Source of the DNA: an uncultured Phycisphaeraceae bacterium
GTDB lineage: Bacteria > Planctomycetota > Phycisphaerae > Phycisphaerales > UBA1924
DNA length: 64,000 nucleotides
Assembly: GCA_964387925.1 (NCBI GenBank)
Contig: CAYLXF010000007.1
Coordinates: 17,270-81,269, forward strand
Direction: 5' to 3'
The notes under the pieces were generated by a model. The model worked only from the letters and a program-made list of their open reading frames with translations. It was not told the origin of the DNA and did no database searches. This document shows positions 1 to 8,774 of the stretch, one piece after another (the stretch's first letter is position 1; every line of letters begins with the position of its first letter). A program made the position numbers and the translations under genes.

Positions 1-1126
1 CCAGCGTGTACTCGCCGATCACCTGCCCGCTGATCGAGTCGCCTGTCGCCGCCAGGGGCTTGTAGTGGAAACTGCGCCCCTGCAGCGGCATCACGCTGAT
101 GCGCGATGAATCGAGCAGCAGCACCGAATCCGTCGGCGCCCACCGGCTCATGATCACGCGGCAGACCCCGAAATCGCTCTCGTACACGCTGATCATGTCC
201 GAGTACACCTGGTCGTCGGGCAGGTACGCGCGGCTGCCGGTCGCGAAGCCGTTGATCCTCCGCTTCTGCGCCCCGCCCACCACGATCGTGTCCACCGAGC
301 CGCTGCTGCTGTCCCAGATCCGCTTGAGCGCCGCGTTGAGTACCGCCTCGCTCAGCTCGTCCTCCCCGTCGCCCCCGCCCGCGGGGATGCCCCCGGCGCC
401 CGGCGTCATCACATTGGTCGAGATCGAACGCACGATGCCGTTCATCGAGCGCCGCACCGTGCCGCTGCCCTGCCCGTTGCTCGCCGGCGCCACGCCGTTG
501 ATCACGCAGTTCTCCAGGTCGCGAAGCAGCTCACGCATCCGCTCCTGCTTCTGGTAGTCCACCTCGTCGGCGATCCCGTACGCCCGGCTCGCCTGCAGCG
601 ACCCCGACACATCCAGCCCGGCGGTGAAGATCTGCGTGTAGTTGCTCTTCCTGCTGCGATTGGTGAAACGCGCCTCGGGCGCCCCGTCGCCCTCGAGCGC
701 CGCGTTGCCCAAGATCGTCAGCACCATGTCGTCGGCCAGCGTCGCCGCCGTCGTCGACCCGTACCCGCGCACCACCGCGATCTGGTCCGACGCCGCCACC
801 ACCGCCGCCACCAGCATCACCTCGCCCGTGCTCCCCGGACGCACCAGGTCGCCCACCCGGAACACCGTCGCCTCGTCGACCGTGAGCGTCGCCGCCGCCG
901 TGGGCGAGGGCGAGAAGCTCGACTGGTTGATCCTCCCCGTGTTGGCCAGCAACGCGTCCTCGATCCACTCGTGCACCGTCGACATCGCCGCCCGCTTGGG
1001 ATCGCCCAGATGATCCAGCAGCGGCGTCTCGTGCGGGCTCACGATCCCGATGATGTCGCCCACATCCTCCACCAGCTCCGGGAGATCCGCCCCCGCCGTG
1101 TAACTCGCCTTGCCTGTAAACGCCAT
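1..1126 (-). CDS. phage major capsid protein (HK97-fold, SU10/DUF5309-like); 3' end lies beyond the window start
   Basis: Absent from the ORF track because the frame runs off the left edge. Reverse complement from ATG (complement of 1124-1126) reads MAFTGKASYTAGADLPELVEDVGDIIGIVSPHETPLLDHLGDPKRAAMSTVHEWIEDALL...RSFHYKPLAATGDSISGQVIGEYTL with no stop and G/C-rich third positions. The N-terminal 'TPLLxxLG...STxHEWxED' pattern is what I recall for SU10-type capsid proteins. It follows the portal and scaffold genes. The track ORFs 99-557, 531-1178 and 642-1013 are shadow frames of it. Confidence 0.7.
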   Translation of the reverse strand, partial: MAFTGKASYTAGADLPELVEDVGDIIGIVSPHETPLLDHLGDPKRAAMSTVHEWIEDALLANTGRINQSSFSPSPTAAATLTVDEATVFRVGDLVRPGSTGEVMLVAAVVAASDQIAVVRGYGSTTAATLADDMVLTILGNAALEGDGAPEARFTNRSRKSNYTQIFTAGLDVSGSLQASRAYGIADEVDYQKQERMRELLRDLENCVINGVAPASNGQGSGTVRRSMNGIVRSISTNVMTPGAGGIPAGGGDGEDELSEAVLNAALKRIWDSSSGSVDTIVVGGAQKRRINGFATGSRAYLPDDQVYSDMISVYESDFGVCRVIMSRWAPTDSVLLLDSSRISVMPLQGRSFHYKPLAATGDSISGQVIGEYTL

Positions 1127-1194
1127 GCCTGCGCCCCCTTCTTCTCGCACCCACTCGATACCAAACCACCACCAACACCCCATCACCGCGCCGC

Positions 1195-1716
1195 TCAAGA
1201 CCCGCGCCGCACCCGCAGATACCGCAGCAGCTCGCCCCGGTCCCCGCTGCTCCGCGCCCGGCGCGCCATCGCGTCGAGCCCGTCGTTGCCCCGCGCCGCC
1301 TCCGACGCGGGGCTCATCGCCGAGCCCGCGCCCGACCCGCCCCGCCGGCACGCGAAGAGGAACGGCTTACGCTCGCACAGCTCACGCACCGCGACTGCCA
1401 CATCCGGCTCGTCCATCTCGCTGATCGTCGCCTCCGTCAGCAGGCGCGCCGTCTCCAGGTCCACCGCCCGCGCCGCCGTCAGCTCCCGGTCGATCTCCCC
1501 GCGGCGCTCGACCGTCGAGATCATCTCGTTGGCCCCCGCCAGCGACGCCTCCAACTCCGCCGCCCGCGCCTCAAGGCCCGCGACCCTCTCCTCCGCTTCC
1601 TCGGCCCGCGCCTTCCAGATCAACTCCCCGCTCACATGCACATCGTGCCCCTCGCCCGCCGGCTCGTCCCCGCCGACCCCGAGCGGGTCCGGCCCGCCCG
1701 ATCCTGATTTCGCCAT
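1195..1716 (-). CDS. phage head scaffolding-like coiled-coil protein
   Basis: 173 aa, Ala/Glu/Arg-rich with predicted coiled coil (ARAEEAEERVAGLEARAAELEASLAGANEMISTVERRGEIDRELTAARAVDLETARLL). Lies between portal and capsid, the usual scaffold position. No diagnostic motif. Confidence 0.5.
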   Translation of the reverse strand: MAKSGSGGPDPLGVGGDEPAGEGHDVHVSGELIWKARAEEAEERVAGLEARAAELEASLAGANEMISTVERRGEIDRELTAARAVDLETARLLTEATISEMDEPDVAVAVRELCERKPFLFACRRGGSGAGSAMSPASEAARGNDGLDAMARRARSSGDRGELLRYLRVRRGS

Positions 1717-1754
1717 CGCCGTCTCCTTTCATTCCATCCGCGCCCGGGCGGCGA

Positions 1755-3317
1755 TCACACCACCCCCGGGTCGTCGTCCCCGTAGCCCAGCTCGTCGATC
1801 ACGCGCCGCTCGTCCACCCCCAGCTCCACCTTCGCCCGTCCCGCCGCCACCAGCGACGCCTCATCGATCACCGGCAGCGGGCCCCACACCACGCGCACCC
1901 CCCGGTCCCGCGCATCGGTGGGCAGCGCCCCCGCCGCGTTCAGGTATCCCAGCACCAGCCCGCACGCGCGCTCGATCCCGCGCCCGTAGCTCACCCGCTT
2001 GCGCATCGTCTTGGCGATCAGACTCATCAGCGTGATCCGCAGCGCGTTGGCGCTGGACAGATTACCCAGCTTGGCGCGGACCACCCCCCCGGCCAGCGGC
2101 GGCACGCCGCTGATCTTGTCCATCGCCTCGCGGATCTCGCCGATGTGCGCGTCCTCGCTGGGGCTGGACGCGTCGCCGCCGAAGCCGGTGATCGACGCCT
2201 CCGGGTTGTCCGTGCTCCACACCACGCCCGGGCCGACATGGCTGCCCCGGAACCCCTCGATCCCCTTGGCCAGGTACATCTTAAAGCTCTGCATCGTCAC
2301 GCGGCTGGCCCGATCGCTCAATCGCGTGTTCAGCTCGTCCTGCAGCCCCACCAGCGTCTCGACCTCGCCGATCCCGCCGTACACGAACGGCTGGCTCATG
2401 TTCTGCATATGCACCACCGGCACCACGCCCGGCAGCAGCGACCACCGCCCGCTCTCGACCAGCCCGTCATCCACGAACCGCGCCCATCCCTGACGGGTGA
2501 ACACCTCGCCCAGCGTGCTGGTCTTCTTTCCGTCCCCGGGCGCGCCATCGCCGCGCTCCCCGCCGCGCAGCCGCTCCAGCCAGCCCCTGCGCGCCCCGGG
2601 GCGCTCGGGCCGGGGCTGGCCCGCCAGCGACCGCGACGAGAACACCCCGTAGCCCTCGATCTCGCGATAATCGTGCCCGCTGAGCACCGCCGCCCCCCGG
2701 CGCGCATCGATCGGTTCGATCGACACCCACTTGTCCGCGTCCCACGGTCGCGAGCCGACCAGGTTCTCCTCGTCCACCCGCACCAGCAGATCGACATGCC
2801 CGAACACATGCCCCAGCGTCGCCATGTCCTGGAGCATGGCGATCCCGCCGCTGCCCTCCCAGACGAGCTCGAGCGCCTCCTCGACCTTCTTCCTCGTCGC
2901 TTCGTCGCGGGCCAGCGACTCGATGCGGATGGGCGAGCCGAACATGAAGTCCACCATCGCCCCCACGCGCCAGCCGATGTCGTTCTCGATCACCACCTCG
3001 CGCCGCCCGCGCTCGCCCCCGACCGCTCCCGGGGCCGTGCTGCCCACGATCCGCGCCGGCAAACCCACCTCCTGGGCCGAGCGGTACCACCCGCGCGCCT
3101 GCCCGCCATGCACCGCCAGGCCCGACGAACGGACCAGCTCAATCGGGTTCCGGTAATACGCCCACAGTTTCTCGTACCGGGGCAAGCCCCGGCTCACCCG
3201 CTCGCTCGTCGCGAGCCGTGTCGATGACCACATCTGGTCCGCGCTGCCGTTGTCCGTCATGAGCTGGTCCGCCATCAGGTCGCCCCCCTCCGCTACCCGG
3301 CGTGCCGCATAGGTCAC
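1755..3317 (-). CDS. phage portal protein
   Basis: 520 aa of portal-like size and sequence character (…IESLARDEATRKKVEEALELVWEGSGG…VETLVGLQDELNTRLSDRASRVTMQSFKMYLAKG…), directly upstream of scaffold and capsid. GTG start at 3317; ATG at 3275 (MADQLMTDNG) is an alternative. Confidence 0.7.
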   Translation of the reverse strand: MTYAARRVAEGGDLMADQLMTDNGSADQMWSSTRLATSERVSRGLPRYEKLWAYYRNPIELVRSSGLAVHGGQARGWYRSAQEVGLPARIVGSTAPGAVGGERGRREVVIENDIGWRVGAMVDFMFGSPIRIESLARDEATRKKVEEALELVWEGSGGIAMLQDMATLGHVFGHVDLLVRVDEENLVGSRPWDADKWVSIEPIDARRGAAVLSGHDYREIEGYGVFSSRSLAGQPRPERPGARRGWLERLRGGERGDGAPGDGKKTSTLGEVFTRQGWARFVDDGLVESGRWSLLPGVVPVVHMQNMSQPFVYGGIGEVETLVGLQDELNTRLSDRASRVTMQSFKMYLAKGIEGFRGSHVGPGVVWSTDNPEASITGFGGDASSPSEDAHIGEIREAMDKISGVPPLAGGVVRAKLGNLSSANALRITLMSLIAKTMRKRVSYGRGIERACGLVLGYLNAAGALPTDARDRGVRVVWGPLPVIDEASLVAAGRAKVELGVDERRVIDELGYGDDDPGVV

Positions 3318-3591
3318 ACGCCCTCACCCTCCCCACCCGCGGCCCGATCCGTGCGCACTAACCCCGTCACCGCGCACACCATCAATCCGCGCAACCCCTT
3401 GTGGCGCAACGCACACAATTTTCTTTCAAAATCCCCGAGACCGTTTCTCCCCCGCCCACCCCGTGCGCACAACACGCGACACCCCATCAACGCTTCCCCT
3501 CTTCCTCCCCTATTCCACCATCCCCTCGCATCATCTCCCCCTCTGCCATTTCCCTCTGTGTGCTCAGTGGTCAACTCTTCTCCCGCCTACG

Positions 3592-3616
3592 AAAAAACCC
3601 GAGCTCCCGCCCGGGT
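3592..3616 (-). terminator. intrinsic terminator after the small gene 3645-3899
   Basis: Minus strand reads ACCCGGG-CGGGAG-CTCGGGT (7-bp stem including one G-T pair) followed by TTTTTT. It starts 29 nt downstream of the TAG stop at 3645-3647. Confidence 0.6.
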
Positions 3617-3644
3617 CCTCAACCATCCAAACCAGCCGCCGCTC

Positions 3645-3899
3645 CTACGAGACGACCTCCACCACCGAGAACCGGTCCAGGTTCACCACCACCAGCTCCC
3701 CGTCGTCCTTGCGCAGCTCCAGGCGATCCAGCCAGAGCTTCTTGTCGCGCGAATGGGCGTACCACGAGCCGGTCTGCTGCTGCCCCATCCGCAGGATCAC
3801 CCCCTCAACAACAAACGGCGACCCCCCGTCCCCAAGCGACAACTGCTGCGTCACCCGCACCCGCGACCCGATCGTGTACCGCTCAGCCGTCTCGTTCAT
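3645..3899 (-). CDS. small hypothetical protein (84 aa)
   Basis: Inner ATG of track ORF 3645-3968: MNETAERYTIGSRVRVTQQLSLGDGGSPFVVEGVILRMGQQQTGSWYAHSRDKKLWLDRLELRKDDGELVVVNLDRFSVVEVVS. Balanced, beta-rich composition unlike shadow ORFs, and it has its own terminator. No family recognised. Confidence 0.45.
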   Translation of the reverse strand: MNETAERYTIGSRVRVTQQLSLGDGGSPFVVEGVILRMGQQQTGSWYAHSRDKKLWLDRLELRKDDGELVVVNLDRFSVVEVVS

Positions 3900-4382
3900 G
3901 CCCCAAGTATAGAACCGAACGAGGCGACCGGTGCTCCGATGCGAACGCCATGCGCTCCGGGAAAACAAGACCGGCGCCGTGGAAGAAGGAACTCAACCCG
4001 GATCCCCCGCCCGCTGCGATGGCGAGCATCTTCGCCTCGGACGCCCTTGCAGATCAGTCCCCCAGGACCGCTCGAAACTGCCCAGAGGGTTCCACTGCCT
4101 GAACTACCAGGAGCCGCTCTGCACCGAAACGGCGAGTACGGGCGCCCCGCTCCCCTTTCCGACCTCGCCCCTCTTCCCCGTGTCCTCTGTATTCCGTCTC
4201 CCCTTCGGGCCTTGGCGATCTTGCCCCCTAACCCGGAAGCCCACTCAAACTACTGTCAACAAACCGCCTATGATCGGGCTCACCGCCCCCATCGTCGGGG
4301 GTGATGACGGAGCCGAGGGCCGCGCGGAGCGTGGCCCGGTTCGGCGAGCGCCCTGCACGGGGCACACACGACAAGGACCAAT

Positions 4383-5921
4383 ATGAGCGACATTCTTCGC
4401 GACAGCGACGCGCCCTCCCGATCATCAGGCGGCAAGAAGCGATCGGGCGACCGATCGGGCAGGAAGGGGGGCGGGCGCGGACGCGGGAAACGCGACGCCG
4501 GCGCCGACAGGGAGCCCCAACGCAAGCGCACCATCACCGAGCCCAAGGGCGGCTGGTCGGCCGACACCTTCGAGATCGACAAGACCTTCGCCGACCTGGG
4601 GCTCAAGGACAGCATCGTCGCGGTCATGGACGAGCTGGGCTTCCGACACCCCACCAAGATCCAGGCCCAGCTGATCCCCATGGCCCTCACCGGCGTGGAT
4701 ATCCTGGGTCAGGCCAAGACCGGCACCGGCAAGACCGCCGCCTTCGCCCTGCCCCTGCTGCACATGATCCAGCCGGGCGATTCCATGATCTCCATCATCC
4801 TCGCCCCCACCCGCGAGCTGGCCGTCCAGATCAAGCAGGACATCGAGGAGCTCGCCCCCAACACCGGGCTCAAGGTCTGCGCGATCTACGGCGGGCAGTC
4901 GATCAATGTGCAGGCCAAGGCCCTCGAGGAGGGCCCCGAGATCATCGTGGGCACCCCCGGGCGCGTGCTGGACATGATCGACCGCGGGTTCCTGCACCTC
5001 TACGACATCGAGTTCGTCGTCCTCGACGAGGTCGACCGGATGCTGGACATCGGGTTCCGCGACGACATCAAGAAGATCCTCAAGAAGTGCCCCAAGGACC
5101 GCCAGACCATCTTCGTCTCGGCCACCTTCACCGACGAGATCGAGCGTCTGGCCCGCACCTACATGCAGGACCCCGAGAAGCTCGAGGTCTCGGCCGGGGC
5201 CCTGACCGTCGACCTGGTCAAGCAGGGCTATGTCACCGTCGAGCCCTGGGACAAGCGCCGCATGCTGGCACACCTGCTGACCCACGAGGAGCCCGCGCTG
5301 ACGATCGTCTTCTGCCGCATGAAACGCACCGTCGACTCGGTCGTGCGCTACCTCGAACGCAAGGAGATCGAGGCCCACGCGATCCACGGCGACCTCTCCC
5401 AGGGGCAGCGCAACAAGGTCATGTCCAAGTTCCGCGGCGGCGACCTGGCCGTGCTTGTCGCCTCCGATCTGGCCTCGCGGGGCATCGATGTCGAGGGCAT
5501 CACCCATGTCGTCAACTACGACCTGCCCGACGACCCGGACATCTATGTCCACCGCATCGGCCGCACCGCCCGCGCCGGGCGCGAGGGCCACGCCTGGTCG
5601 CTGGTCACCCCCGCCCAGGGCTCGCTGCTGACCGACATCGAGATCCTGGTCAACGCCGAGATCCCCAGGATGGACTACCCCGATTTCGAGCCGCGTCCCC
5701 GACCCGAGGACTGGAAGGACGAGCCCACCGGCGGGCGACCCACCTACGAGGTCAAGGGCGTCCCCACCGAGCCCAAGAAGAACCGCTTCGAGACCGCCGA
5801 GCCCCCCAAGGTCGAGAAACTCTCCCAGAAGGAACTCGAGGCCAAGTACCCCGGCGGCGTCGTCCCCACCAGGCTCCCCGGCAAAATGATGCGCGGCAAG
5901 GCCAAGCGGCGCGGGCGATGA
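4383..5921 (+). CDS. DEAD-box ATP-dependent RNA helicase (RhlE/DeaD-like) with RG-rich N-terminus
   Basis: Q-motif region (TFADLGL…GFRHPTKIQ), motif I AKTGTGKT, motif II VLDEVD, SAT, HRIGRTARAG. AAGGA lies 6 nt before the ATG. Confidence 0.95.
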   Translation: MSDILRDSDAPSRSSGGKKRSGDRSGRKGGGRGRGKRDAGADREPQRKRTITEPKGGWSADTFEIDKTFADLGLKDSIVAVMDELGFRHPTKIQAQLIPMALTGVDILGQAKTGTGKTAAFALPLLHMIQPGDSMISIILAPTRELAVQIKQDIEELAPNTGLKVCAIYGGQSINVQAKALEEGPEIIVGTPGRVLDMIDRGFLHLYDIEFVVLDEVDRMLDIGFRDDIKKILKKCPKDRQTIFVSATFTDEIERLARTYMQDPEKLEVSAGALTVDLVKQGYVTVEPWDKRRMLAHLLTHEEPALTIVFCRMKRTVDSVVRYLERKEIEAHAIHGDLSQGQRNKVMSKFRGGDLAVLVASDLASRGIDVEGITHVVNYDLPDDPDIYVHRIGRTARAGREGHAWSLVTPAQGSLLTDIEILVNAEIPRMDYPDFEPRPRPEDWKDEPTGGRPTYEVKGVPTEPKKNRFETAEPPKVEKLSQKELEAKYPGGVVPTRLPGKMMRGKAKRRGR

Positions 5922-6033
5922 TCCGGGAAAAGTGGACACCCATGAAAACGACAAACATCCCGGAAGGGGATGTTTTTTCATGGAAGGGATGTTGCGAGCG
6001 GACGCGGGGGCTCGGGGACAAGCCCGGCCGCGC

Positions 6034-6507
6034 CTACCGCACGCTCGCGGCTTCCTGGGCGCGCGTGGATTCGTTGCGGATGCTCCCCACGATGTCGCGC
6101 TCCGGCTCGGACGCGAGCACGGCGTCGGCCTTGGCCGGGACGCGGGGCTTGGTCTCGGCCTGCGATCCCGCCGCGGGGGGCGCGGGCCGAGCGACGCCCC
6201 CACCGATCGTCGCCGCGCCCTCACGCTCCATCGACTCGCGCATCCTTCTCCCGACCTTGAACTTTACCGTCCGCTTGGCCGGCACGGGGACGCGCTCGAG
6301 CGTCTTGGGGTTCTGCGCGATCCGCGGGGCGCGCTCCTTGACCTCGAAGACCCCGAAATCGCGGAACTCGAGGCGGTTGCCGTCACCGAGCTCCACGATC
6401 ACCTGATCGAGGAACTCCTGAACGACCTGCTTGACGGCCACGCGCTTCATGCCCGTGCTGTCGGCGATGCGATCGATCAGGATCTTCTTGGTGACGGTGT
6501 TGCTCAT
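6034..6507 (-). CDS. HU/IHF-family DNA-binding protein with ~60-aa C-terminal extension
   Basis: MSNTVTKKILIDRIADSTGMKRVAVKQVVQEFLDQVIVELGDGNRLEFRDFGVFEVKERAPRIAQNPKTLERVPVPAKRTVKFKVGRRM shows the classic HU/IHF arm and body. Confidence 0.85.
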   Translation of the reverse strand: MSNTVTKKILIDRIADSTGMKRVAVKQVVQEFLDQVIVELGDGNRLEFRDFGVFEVKERAPRIAQNPKTLERVPVPAKRTVKFKVGRRMRESMEREGAATIGGGVARPAPPAAGSQAETKPRVPAKADAVLASEPERDIVGSIRNESTRAQEAASVR

Positions 6508-6783
6508 GATGGGATCCTTTCACGCGCGCGGCGTGACGGAGGTGATCGGGATGTCTTCTCGCCCGTGTGCGCGGGCTCTCTTCCAGCGGCGGACCGCGAC
6601 CTACGCCCCGCAATTCCCGGCGTGCACCGGGATCGACGCGGCGCGGGTGATACGATCTCCCGTGTCGATGAGTATGGCAGACATACCCTCCGAGGTCAAT
6701 GGCGCGTCCCCGCTCTTTTGACGCGCAAGATCGAGCCCACAAAGCACTTGCAATTCAATCTCATCCCTGCTAAGGCGAACCGC

Positions 6784-7257
6784 ATGGAGCACGAACAACC
6801 GACCCCCACGCCCGATCGCCGAGCCCCCCGCGCCGGCTCGGGGATCACGCTCGCGCCCGGCGTGAGCGTCCCGGGCGGGGCCATCGGCATCGCGTTCGTG
6901 CGCTCCTCGGGTCCCGGCGGGCAGAATGTCAACAAGCGGTCCACCAAGGCCCAGCTGCGCATCGCGCTGGCCGACATCCCGCTGCCGAGGCGCGCAGCGG
7001 CGCGCCTGCGCCGCCTGGCGCGCGGGTCGATCACCACCGAGGGCGAGCTGCTCATCGAGAGCGACGAGACCCGCAGCCAGTCGCGCAACCGGCGCGCCTG
7101 CATGGACCGGCTCCGCGAGCTGGTCGTGCGCGCCGCCATCGAGCCCAAGCAGCGCCGAAAGACCAAGCCCAGCAAGGGCTCGATCCGGCGCCGCCTCGAG
7201 GACAAGAAGCAGCGCGGCGAGAAGAAGCGCAGGCGCCAACCGCCAGAGCACCCATGA
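6784..7257 (+). CDS. arfB: alternative ribosome-rescue factor / peptidyl-tRNA hydrolase ArfB
   Basis: C-terminal 157 aa of track ORF 5932-7257, starting at MEHEQP. Has the GGQ motif (SSGPGGQNVNKRSTKAQL) and a basic tail (KQRRKTKPSKGSIRRRLEDKKQRGEKKRRR). The upstream part of that ORF is antisense to the HU/IHF gene and is not coding. Confidence 0.85.
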   Translation: MEHEQPTPTPDRRAPRAGSGITLAPGVSVPGGAIGIAFVRSSGPGGQNVNKRSTKAQLRIALADIPLPRRAAARLRRLARGSITTEGELLIESDETRSQSRNRRACMDRLRELVVRAAIEPKQRRKTKPSKGSIRRRLEDKKQRGEKKRRRQPPEHP

Positions 7258-7979
7258 CCAGCACCAGCGAGCAAACCGAGACGGCCGGCGTTGTGCTGGG
7301 CATCGAGATGTCCAACCCGGGCGCGATCGACGACGCCCGCGATCCGGCGCACGCGCTGGCCGTCTGGCGCACGGGCCGCGGGGGCGCGGCCCTGCTGGGA
7401 TCGGCGTCCATGCCCCGGTCCACGCGCGGCTCCGATGGCGTCATGGCCGGCATCGAATCCCTGTGCGCCCGCGCCGGCGTGGCCCCCTCCGAGCTGACGC
7501 GCATCGTCGTCTCGCTCGGGCCCGGGGGCTACACCGCGCTGCGCATCTCGACCACCACCGCCAAGGTGCTGGCGACGGCCCTGGGGGCCGAGCTGGTCGG
7601 CGTCGAGGCCGCACGCGTGGCCGCGGCCTCGATCGACCCCGCGCGTCTGCCCGCGATGATCGCCCTGGCCTCCAAGAACCAGCACACCCACGCGACCATC
7701 GTCCACCCCGATCGCACGCTCGAAGCCGTGGGGATGATCGACGCCGACCGACTCGCGTCCCTCGGGGTGCGGACACTTGCCGCCGACGCCCATCTGCCGC
7801 CCTGCATGACGCGGGGCGCGCGGGAGCTGGGGATCGAGCTGCTCCCGCTCGTGCTCGAGGCGAGAACCATGCTCGACGCCTCGGCGGGGATCGCCCCGCT
7901 TGCGCCCGACGCCCTGGGCCCGATCTACGCGCGCGAGCCCGACGCCGTCACCCAGTGGCGCGCCCGCCACGGCGGTTGA
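7254..7979 (+). CDS. tsaB: tRNA threonylcarbamoyladenosine (t6A) biosynthesis protein TsaB/YeaZ-like
   Basis: VVLGIEMSNPG…, IVVSLGPGGYTALRISTTTAKVLA resembles the ASKHA-fold TsaB signature (GPGSFTGLRIG). The start overlaps the arfB stop (ATGA). Confidence 0.75.
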   Translation: MTSTSEQTETAGVVLGIEMSNPGAIDDARDPAHALAVWRTGRGGAALLGSASMPRSTRGSDGVMAGIESLCARAGVAPSELTRIVVSLGPGGYTALRISTTTAKVLATALGAELVGVEAARVAAASIDPARLPAMIALASKNQHTHATIVHPDRTLEAVGMIDADRLASLGVRTLAADAHLPPCMTRGARELGIELLPLVLEARTMLDASAGIAPLAPDALGPIYAREPDAVTQWRARHGG

Positions 7980-8168
7980 GCGTCCACCAGCCGCGCGCGT
8001 CCGGATAACCGCCGGCCCCGGGTTCCCGCGGCGCGGCCTGAGCAAGCGGGGCCGGGGCCTGTTGCGCGCCGCCCGGAGGATCGGCGTGAAGTTGGGCAAG
8101 CTGTGCGACGATATCGGTCGGGCGAGCGCGCACCCGGTGCGCCGCCTCAGATCAGGGAAGGTCCGCGC

Positions 8169-8774
8169 ATGGTCGCCACACAACAGAGCGAAGATTGGTC
8201 CCAGAAGAGGGTCTTCACCACCGGTGAAGCCGCCAAGGTCTGCAAGGTCAGCCAGCAGACCATCATCCGCTGCTTTGATTCGGGACGCCTCAACGGGTTC
8301 CGCGTGCCCGGCTCGCGTTTCCGGCGCATCCCGCGCGAGGAGCTGATCCGGTTCATGCGTGAGAACGAGATCCCGCTGACGGCCATCGGCAGCGACCGCA
8401 AGCGCGTGCTGCTGGTCGACGACGAGCCCGAGATCCTCTCGCTGATGACCGAGCTGCTCGCTGGCGACGGGCGCTTCGAGGTGGCCGTCGCCTCCACCGG
8501 CTATGACGCGGGGATGGAGACCCAGCGTTTCCGCCCGCACCTGATCGTGCTCGACTACATGCTCCCCGACATCAACGGCAACATCGTGTGCCGGCGCGTG
8601 CGCGAGGACAGCGCGCTGGAGGGCACCCGGGTGCTGTGCGTCTCGGGGGTGATCGAGCCGGGCGAGGTGGACATGCTCCGCGCCGCCGGGGCCGACGACT
8701 TTCTCAAGAAGCCCTTCGACCTCAACGAGCTGGTGTCGCGCATCGAGCGCCTGCTCGGGATTCCGGCGCGCTGA
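8169..8774 (+). CDS. response regulator: excisionase/MerR-like HTH + canonical receiver
   Basis: Inner ATG (MVATQQSEDW). HTH is FTTGEAAKVCKVSQQTIIRCFDSGRLNGFRVPGSRFRRIPREELIRFM. The receiver has VLLVDDEPE, LIVLDYMLPDING (Asp at P-4) and KKPF. Confidence 0.85.
   Translation: MVATQQSEDWSQKRVFTTGEAAKVCKVSQQTIIRCFDSGRLNGFRVPGSRFRRIPREELIRFMRENEIPLTAIGSDRKRVLLVDDEPEILSLMTELLAGDGRFEVAVASTGYDAGMETQRFRPHLIVLDYMLPDINGNIVCRRVREDSALEGTRVLCVSGVIEPGEVDMLRAAGADDFLKKPFDLNELVSRIERLLGIPAR

Noticed and set aside
99-1178. Track ORFs 99-557(+), 531-1178(-) and 642-1013(+) at the left edge
   Set aside because: They are displaced by the open minus-strand frame 1-1126. That frame gives a capsid-like, compositionally normal protein, whereas these ORFs are Ser/Pro/Arg/Gly-rich.
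5932-6783. N-terminal 284 codons of track ORF 5932-7257 (would make a 441-aa ArfB fusion)
   Set aside because: This part runs antisense through the HU/IHF gene and is Arg/Gly-rich. The ArfB homology (GGQ domain plus basic tail) starts only at the ATG at 6784.
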